A DNA stretch of 64,000 nt from Lytechinus pictus. Lineage: Eukaryota. Shown here one piece after another: positions 54,866 through 64,000 of the stretch. Position numbers and translations under genes: made by a program. The notes under the pieces were generated by a model. That model was not told the origin of the DNA. It saw nothing but the letters and a program-made list of their open reading frames with translations, and did no database searches. Each line of letters begins with the position of its first letter. Position 1 is the first letter of the stretch. The stretch spans positions 19,718,001 through 19,782,000 of the forward strand of contig NC_087251.1 of the NCBI RefSeq assembly GCF_037042905.1, in the 5' to 3' direction.

Positions 54866-56399
54866 TTTTATGACTTTTTTCCTTTAATACTATAAGGTAA
54901 TAGAAGGGTTGCTTACTCCTTCAATATGTGGATTGTCTCTTTGGCAACCTTTCGTGATATGATAACAATTAATCCTTATCATAATTATTATAAAATCTGC
55001 AAAACATGAAATATTATCTTTATTGTTTTATTTACCAATATTTATTAAATATTGTACAATAAAGATAATACATGAATGTTTAATTGACTATTCTCCAATC
55101 AAAATGATGGGGCAATTGTGCTAAATCAAACTTGGCTGTACATTCATTTAAAGGGGCATTGTAAATATAATTTCCATTTCATTTTGAACGGTGAAGGTGC
55201 TCAGGCGTTTTACTTACTTACTTGTAAATTAGCTGTGTATATATATGCTGGAAGAATAAGACGAAACCTACCACCGGGTTTAAAAAGAAAGTCTTGGAGT
55301 ATTTCCCTAATTTAAGAAAGCCCTGAATCGACTACGCATGTTGCTCTGTATAATTGGTATTTTTGAAAAGACAAGTTTATCCGGCTAGCTCGATGTATGC
55401 ACTACGTGTTGCTGGCCAGGTCTTGGGCTGATCGCGACCTACGCTTAGAGTAAAGACGAAACAGAAGGCGAGATCCAACCTGCTGTTGGGGGTCATAAAT
55501 CTTTATGGCGGCTCCTGGCTGCGGGGGTGCACTGATTAAAATTACAAGTTTAGAATCATGATAACGAGAACATGACAATATGTCGGATTTGCCCGATCAT
55601 AATATTGATGCTACGTCATACATGAGAATGTAGTTTCATAGTCCTAGGAAAATCTGAATTATATCCAACTCGTAATAAAGCAGGAACGCTAAAGATATTG
55701 ACGTAGGTGAATTCTTTTCACACTTATAATGTTGTTGCCATGGGAATAAAACTTAAAACTACACCTCGACTTCATTTTATACCCCGTCCTATAAATGGAA
55801 TGGATCAATTACCATTATAATTCGAAATATCACGATACTTCGTTTAAGGTATCCGGCTAGTCAAAATCTTAATTAATATTTTCAGCGTCGAAGTAAGATC
55901 AAAATAATATATTTTATCGAATCTGTAAATATACATCCCGTTCTGGTGGGAAAAAATGTTTTCAGTCAATTTATCTTTGTTAATACCCCCCCCCCAAAAA
56001 AAAAGACCTTGTTACACAATCGCAGACGAGACGTTTAGTTCCTTCTTCAATTAATTTTGTATATATCCTGTCTGTAATTTTTTCATTATTTTTCTACATC
56101 ATGTATAATATTTTGTTTTATATTATTGCATAATTGTGGAACAACTGCAATAAATGTTCAAATTTGAATGACTCTTCATTTTATTCAAAACAATTGATAA
56201 AGCACATCAGTGTGCATACATGATTTGCAAGAGAAGACATATGATGTATTATCCATTTACTATTTCATTTTAAGCATTCGTGCTCAATACATCTACATCT
56301 ACTACTGACGAACTCTATATTTTTTAAATCGGCCAACCGTTAACCTTATCTTAAACCAGCAAGAGAATATTTACTACTTCCGCTACCTCTATATACCAA

Positions 56400-56444
56400 C
56401 TACTACTACTACTACTAGTAGTAGTAGTACTACTACTACTACTT

Positions 56445-56503
<59 letters not shown>

Positions 56504-56552
56504 GCTACTACTAATACTACTACTACTACTACTGCTGCTACTACTACTACTT

Positions 56553-56595
<43 letters not shown>

Positions 56596-56663
56596 TACTA
56601 CTACTACTACTACTACTGCTACTACTAATACTACTACTACTACTGCTGCTACTACTACTACTT

Positions 56664-56749
<86 letters not shown>

Positions 56750-56782
56750 GCTACTACTACTACCACCACCACCACTACTACT
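56400..56782. repeat. (TAC)n microsatellite with recurring TTC/TGC/TAA variants
   Basis: Visible directly; followed by degenerate (TAA)/(ATC) tracts to ~57220. Confidence 0.97.
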
Positions 56783-57444
56783 TCTGTTGCTGCTTCTGCT
56801 TCTACTACTTATACTACTAGTACTTCTACATCATGTACATAATTATATTGTTACTATTACCTCTATCAATGTTGCTACTGCTGCTAATGTTGTTACTTAT
56901 AATAGACTAATACTAATATTACCACAAACATCAATATTCATTATACTAATGTTTATATTAATGTCAATACTGACGTTAATACGAGTATTAAAACTAATAA
57001 TGACAATAATAATAATAGTTATACTATTTATAATTCTTATTGCATAATTACATGCATTAAAGGTAAAATATAATTACTTTAATAATGATTACCATCATCA
57101 TCATTCCCATCACCACCAAAAATATCATCACCGTTGTCGTCATCGTCGCGGTTATGATTATCATCACCGTCCCCGATATCATCAACATTATCACCATCAT
57201 CATTATCATCGTCATCATTTCCTTTTTATTTTGCTCAGAGTATTCTTCATTCTACTTTCATTTATATTTTCGTTTGAAAGTGTTCTTTCTTGTATTTTTA
57301 TTGTAGTTATTTTTTTTTATCATGGTGAGTTTTGGATTATCGTGTATTAAAGTGTGGATAAATACCTACTTCATCGTTGTGTGCGTGCGTGTGTGGGTAT
57401 AAGTGTGTATGTGTGGGGTGTGTATGCGAGGGTAAGACTGTGAA

Positions 57445-57600
57445 ATGTCTTGGCCGATTGTTCTTATAGGCGCCTGACTACACTATGGAAGTCCAAGGTT
57501 CGATTCCCGGCACGGCCCTTGAGAAATACATTTTATCAATACTTTATTGTTCTTTTATCTTGCATCAAATAAATCAAAATGCTAAATGAAATGTTGATAC
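57445..57600 (+). mobile_element. Degenerate tRNA-derived SINE
   Basis: Box A-like tggccgattg (57451) and box B ggttcgattccc (57497-57508) at tRNA spacing, followed by cccttgag(a)aa...cattt (CORE-like start). Confidence 0.6.
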
Positions 57601-58363
57601 CAACGTGTGCAAGTGTTAAAAAAGTGTTGGTGTTTGTATACCATGATGATTTCCCTTATTGTTTATGTAATTTAATGGAGCTATAGTTTATTATGTTATC
57701 ACGCCATCAGACCCAACAACTGCCTTTGTTTACAAAACAAAGTATACTCTTTAACGAGTTCCACGAGAGTGTCGCAAAAGATGAAGATATCTAGTTTGGC
57801 CTTCAGACTTAACACAAAAATGGTCTTTGCGTTCAAAACCAATGCATCTCGCAAACAAAGCCTTATATTTATGTGTCTTCAACGAGCACTTCTCGAATTA
57901 TGTGCTTGGAACCTATAATCATATATCATCATGTTTAAATAATATTCCAATCGACGAGTCTAACATCTCAACCTTGTAAAGAGACTAGTTTTTCCTTATG
58001 TCTGCCCAGTCTAACTACCCCCATGGCAGCCCTTGGCCGCTAAACCAACTGGGAGGAGACGGACCTGTGCATAACCCTGACCTTCGCGGACGGATTCCAT
58101 AAATTAAAGAAAGTGCAACCTGATGCCAGACAAGAAAAAGACAGGCACAAAGGTTGATATGACGAGCACCTCTCTTTCGATAGGCTTCATCCAAAGCGGT
58201 TCAAATTACTCTGTTTTTAGAATTTTATTCCCATTTGTTATTTATTCCCGGGATGTTTTGTTTTTCTAGATACAACAGTTGCTACAGCGTCATCTTTCAT
58301 TTTATGCCTAAAATAGTCATGATAGTATTTTTGTAAATCGTCATAACAAGGTAAAAGCTAAAT

Positions 58364-58680
58364 GCTAGTCACACACCAACAAAGCCGACTCCATACCGAT
58401 CAAAGCTATATTTTCATTTTTTTTTTCAATTCAAATAAACATTTATTTTCTTCCATTTCATTACATTTTTCGTAAACATTAATTCATACAAAAATCAATA
58501 TTATGAAGAATATAAATATGTACATGTTGGATTTAAAGAAGAAAGTGTATACCCTAAAAGCTGAGGCTTGTGGCGGGATACGCCTATAGAAAAAAATACA
58601 ATACAATAAACAATATTACATTATTTCCAATGACGAACCATCGGTGGATTCGTAGTCAGTGTCGTTGGTATGACTGTAAG
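58364..58680. mobile_element. Degenerate agtcacac-type MITE interrupted by a LINE 3' fragment
   Basis: Left ctagtcacacaccaacaaagccgact...accgat versus right (rc) cagtcataccaacgacactgact...accgat. Confidence 0.45.
58426..58590 (-). mobile_element. LINE-type 3' UTR fragment, copy B
   Basis: Matches 22214-22392, including identical aaaagctgaggcttgtggcgggatacgcctataga. Confidence 0.65.
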
Positions 58681-61600
58681 ATAATACAGATTTTGTTGAC
58701 TATCTAAATTATTGTCAATGTATGTCTGAAGACACAATTTTATTGAATTTGAAATAACCAACATTCATCTGTTATTCATTGTATCCACGAACTTTAACAT
58801 AGAGGAACCGTACAGATACATGATAATAAACAATTTTCATCTTTTTAGAAGTTTGGTCCCGTTACTTTCATTTTCCCTGTCATATCCTTTACCTGCATTT
58901 GTATTGTATTTTATTATGATCAGATATTTAATTTAGAAAAACACAACGGAAACCTTTTTAATTGAATAATGATAGGTTTTTGTTGTTGTTTTAAACCAAC
59001 AATGATGATGTATCGATGATGGAGTTTTGTATTTGCACACTTGCTATATCATACGTTCTTCATCACGAACAAAATAAGTTCATGTTTCAGATGTCCGCCA
59101 TGTTCATTAATTGGGTGTACGCCCTATAAGTACTTTGGAGACCACAAACATTTAGTTGTGTTCTTAGTAAAGAGATTAAACGTCTTGTATCACAACTATG
59201 ATAATGTTTGATATAGACAGTGTTGCGTGGGCCCTTCGCGAACTTGAGCGTGAAATATGTCCCGGATGGCCCATTAATAAGGATGATATATCCATTCCGT
59301 CTTGGTAAACTTCATCGTAACGACCTACTTGAAAATTAGGATTGGAAATGATTTGTAAACAAAGGAGAGGAAAGTGGAATTATTAATGGTTGCAGCATTA
59401 GGTAGAGTTCCCTGGAAAGATTTAGGGCGTTAGTTAAACAGCAGAAAAAGAAGAAATTGCTACGTAGGCATGGCCCATGTCTCGACGGAGTAAGAAACGT
59501 TCATTCAAAAACTCGTAAATCTGAATGAAATACAACCGATGAAAATTTCCTTAACGGCCCCGAGAGTGGTGTTTTACAGACTAACTTGAATGGGCTGATG
59601 AGGATAAATAACAGCATCTCAGTTATACCAAGATCCATCTGTTTCAACTTACTCCATATACAGGCATTCACGGGCATTCAATACAGTAGTGCTGTAAGTG
59701 AAAATCATTTTTACTAATATAAACATGCATTTTCATCCAGGTATCTCATAATTTATATCACTGTATGTTTAATTGTGAAATGGTGGAAGTGTGGGCGAAC
59801 GATTCAAACGAAATAGGAAGAGGAAATTGGTGGAGAGCCCTCTATCGGCAGATATTAAGGACACAATGTTGACTGAGCATGCAGAGTGAGCTTAGTGCTA
59901 TTTTCTTTTTCTTTTTTTTTTAAATATGTTTGTATATTCATTTTTATTTTTATTTTCCAAATCTTAGTTGTTTTCCTCATCATTGAGATTTGATCAAACG
60001 AAAACTTGCTAATAAAGTAAGTACATGTGATTTTAAATGATATAGTTTTTACCACCTTGGTGAGATTGGAGCCTTCTTATATTAGGCAGAATGAATTATG
60101 TAGGAGTGTAAAATATTTTAAAAAAATCTAATCTATCTGATTTAATATTACTTTGGAAGTGCATGTTTTTGAATGTGTATTCTTAGATTATAAAATCACT
60201 AACAAAGTAAGATCACTGACAAAGTGTTCAATCATAGTAGTCTTCTTGATCCATTCAGAACTGCAAGAAAATTGACAGAATGTTATATTTGTATCGGGAT
60301 AAACACAATCAAAGCAAATATTAATTTGTGGCATATTCAAGTGCAAATGTAACGAATTATTTGATAAGGATTAGTTTCGTATTTTAAAATGGTAATCTCG
60401 TAATCTCCATGCTTACAAAATGGCTTGTTTTAGCATCGCATATTAGAACAAAGCAAACTGAGACACTGTAGATGCGGTTGACGAAATAGGCCTGCAATAA
60501 TCCTCGTTTACAAAATACTTTTATAATTCATGACAGGATTTATCAAAATTGCATCAAATGCAGAGAGAAATAATCCTAAAACGGAGGTATAATAAGTAAG
60601 CGTTTGAAAATCAGAAATCTTCGGAGTAAAGCCATACTTCCCATGACAAGGCTTCCCGAAAACTTCCAGAATTTCGAAGACCTTACCGGGATCATCCCCT
60701 GTCTCTAAATTTTTGCTGTATCACTATATTTTAAGTTCCCGGCAAAGAAATACAATAATAACTTCCGCCAAGGCCTTAAAATTTGTACGTATACCTGAGT
60801 ATATCGGCGTGAAAAAAATAGAACGCAGCTGAAATTTAAATTTTAAGGAATATTTGCAATAGTATATTGGAAGAAAAATAATTCATACTTGGCTAATTCA
60901 TAAATCAATGTTGTTTTGTAAATGTATTACTCAGATGAAATTATTATTGACATGGTTTGTGGCATGTTTTGTATTCAATCCACAGAGCACTCAGTGAGCA
61001 AGCATTTGGGAGGATTTAACAGCCGGACCTTTTGGCGATAAGGCAATTTTCCGGTAGGCTTAAAAGCGGGGAGGCGTTTGAGCAAGGGAAAAATGCGGGA
61101 AACCGATGACGAAGAGACGCCAAAAAATAAAAAGGGGTTGAAACACCAGACGACAGACACTGTCAAATGACACACTATACGTGGGAACGTTCTACTCACT
61201 AAGAATCACGCGATATTTTTTGTCTTCTTCTCTTCTTGTTTATTTGTCTCTGACATTTCTCGCTTTAGTGACAATTATACAAATAACTTTATCTGTGAAT
61301 AAATCTTGATTTCAAAGTTGATGTATTTCTTGGAAACTTGTTTCAATTTTCTTCTAAAACCTGGCTGCAATAACCACAATCCCCAATCCCTTTTGGCCAG
61401 TTAAGTTTGAAAAAAAAAATCAAATAGGCTAATGACGAACAGAAACAGATTCAGGAATAGAAATGAAGAAAAGGAGAAAGAAAGAAAGAAAGAAAGACTT
61501 TTTTTTTTTTGACTTTTCAAATGAAAACTTTATTTACAAATTATAATCACAAAAGTCAGGTATATAATAAAAGAATAGTTTGACATAAACATTCAATTGA

Positions 61601-61734
61601 GATCAGGTTGATTACAAGCACAGAGTTATAAAATCAAATGTTTAAATGAGCCATGCAATGCTGCCCTCGTTAATTGTAAAAAGTAATCTATTCATACACC
61701 ATTTACGTGAAAAAGCATCAATATTAGAACATAA

Positions 61735-61938
<204 letters not shown>

Positions 61939-62925
61939 GGGATGGGGCGGAGCGGCGATGTCAGCATCATGAAAACTTAAGTTAAAAAGAAAATAACATG
62001 AACATAAAGATTTACTCCAAGAGTTCTATAACCCTGTAGTCACGTCCTCTCATCGTCGAAGACTGAAACTTTGAGTAGAACCGGCGCAGGATTTTTCCCG
62101 ATAGTTCCCTTGAACGAATGATAAGATTTCCACTTCCAATCTCATTAATTAGTCAACACGCTGTTAGGGTGTTGTGTTTCTCGCATGGCTTTGCTCATGT
62201 TGGCAAAGATTTGGCTAGGCTGATGAGTTCCCAAAGACGATGAAGGTAGTTAGCTTTGAGACAAAAAATTATATCGCGAGATTGTGTAATGAGAGAAAGA
62301 ATTTCAACTGAAATATATGCATATATATGAATCCGAAAGGCATGGTACATGACTTAACAAAAGTCTCCATGATGCTTCTCGTACGGTTTAACTAAATTCA
62401 TCTCTATTCTTGAGTTTATGACTAAAATACGAATAGCACAATGTTTTTCATAAAGTGTGATTTTTATTCCACGATTGGCACATGTAACTTTTCCCAAGGA
62501 AAGAAGGAAGGGTCGACCGGCTTACGCTATGTTTGAACGATAAAGTATGATGTTGGTTCGTCAAGATCTGACACCTGAGTAAATATTAAGATCATCATCA
62601 TCGGTTCGGATGTTTAACCCAGAGTATGGTACAATAATAGTTACATCCGTTCCCTATCATATTATGTCCAATATAAACATTACACAGTGTCAAAATGTGT
62701 ATAGCTGATTACCCGAATTATCCGCTTAATAAATATTTCAATTTGATGGACATCTATTATACATATTGTTATTTGATGAGCCTCACCTATCCTTTATCCA
62801 ATACCATGTCTGATGAGGTGCCGGCTTAAAAATCATTAAAATTATAGCTTATTTTGTATATATTAGGCTGATATTCTTTTTTTTTCAAAATGATATATGA
62901 ATAATGAGAAAGCCTGGTAGACCAG

Positions 62926-63097
62926 GTGGCCGTTTCATAAAGCTGTTCGTAAGTTAAGAGCGACTTTAAGAACGACTGGTGATCCTTTCTTACGCGCTAA
63001 ACCATCGCCTATGGTGTATACCATTTACCAAAAGAAAGGATCACCAGTCGTTCTTAAAGTCGTTCTTATCTTACGAACAGCTTTATGAAACACCCAC
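62926..63097. mobile_element. 172-bp Harbinger-type MITE
   Basis: ~66-bp near-perfect TIRs (gtttcataaagctgttcgtaag...ggtgatcctttctt); CAG TSD at 62923-62925 and 63098-63100. Confidence 0.9.
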
Positions 63098-64000
63098 CAG
63101 GCAGCTTTAATCTAGTAATACCACTTTAAAACTTACCTTTAATAATCTTCTTTTTAATAGGTTTTGGTCTAGTCTTCCGGTCCATTTTGGAAAAAGTATA
63201 TTAACAACCTCATTTGTGTCTGACTGCATTCACCTTTCCTTCTAATACCTTTAAAATGAGCCAAGGGTGATGAAATATTTGATTTCCTTGATTTAAAAAC
63301 AAATAACAAACGGATAGACTCTTTTCACGCCTTAGACCTGACTTAGATTTCCGTAACACCTCAGGCATATTCTTCCTTTCCGTACTTGATCTTGACTTTC
63401 AGCTAACTCTTTCATTTGTTAAACATGTAGACTTCTTTATCAAAGATATGTCATTGAAATACCATATTCCTTCGAGGTTTATTTCCATGAAGATCCTTCA
63501 GGATATTGAGAAGATCGAGAGGGGGTAAGGGTGGTTGGGGAGAAAGAAGAAGTCAGTGTGTTCAAAGGACCTTTTAAATTTCGCAGAGTCAATGCATGAA
63601 AACATGATTAATGCTCTCTTCGCTCGATCAATATTGGGATTTCGATTGGGCGTATACCCAAATGTAAAAAACATATTACCAAATGCTTTTTTTTTTCTTC
63701 AATTATTGCAATTTCTATTGTAAAGTGTAGTAAACATTTTTTGTTCATTACTTATGATTTTACTATAGTCCTTTAAAAGAAGAACATATTTGACAAGATG
63801 AAAAGTGACAAATTTATTGAAATTAGACAAAATAATTCAAACTTAATCCACAAAATTCTGAGAATGACTATACAATATTGCAGCCATCTTTATGAACGAT
63901 ATCAAATGAACTTGGTATCTTGTATACTCTCTAGTTGATGGATGTTGTGCTGATATCATTTACTAAAGTGTTTAAATTGATGCATATTGTATGAATAGCC

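Noticed and set aside
57445..57520. Functional tRNA gene
   Set aside because: Boxes A and B are present but the cloverleaf stems are broken and a SINE-like body follows.

Overview
AT-rich, gene-poor animal genomic DNA. The repeat families look like sea urchin/echinoderm to me, but this is inference, not a database result. The first ~16 kb is a dense nest of transposable elements: a complete but pseudogenised PIF/Harbinger element (6078-10097, TAA TSD, DDE transposase), several Harbinger-, Tc1/mariner- and hAT-type MITEs with readable TIRs/TSDs, an Academ-like element with ~660-bp TIRs around a 211-bp tandem array, and LINE fragments. The only credible host coding sequence is a probable terminal exon of a divergent YWTD (LDL-receptor class B) beta-propeller protein (10288-10586), perhaps with a decayed upstream exon near 705-939. 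The rest is non-coding: SINEs, MITEs, microsatellites and a candidate cis-regulatory module. The most interesting signal is a ~175-200-bp SINE present three times (14815-14989 -, 20917-21115 +, 24256-24443 +). Its 5' head matches the Alu domain of 7SL (SRP) RNA and is fused to a box-B segment, a structured body and a (CA)n tail. It looks like an independently evolved 7SL-derived SINE in an invertebrate, and one insertion can be verified against an empty site inside this window. Most ORFs in the supplied track are spurious.
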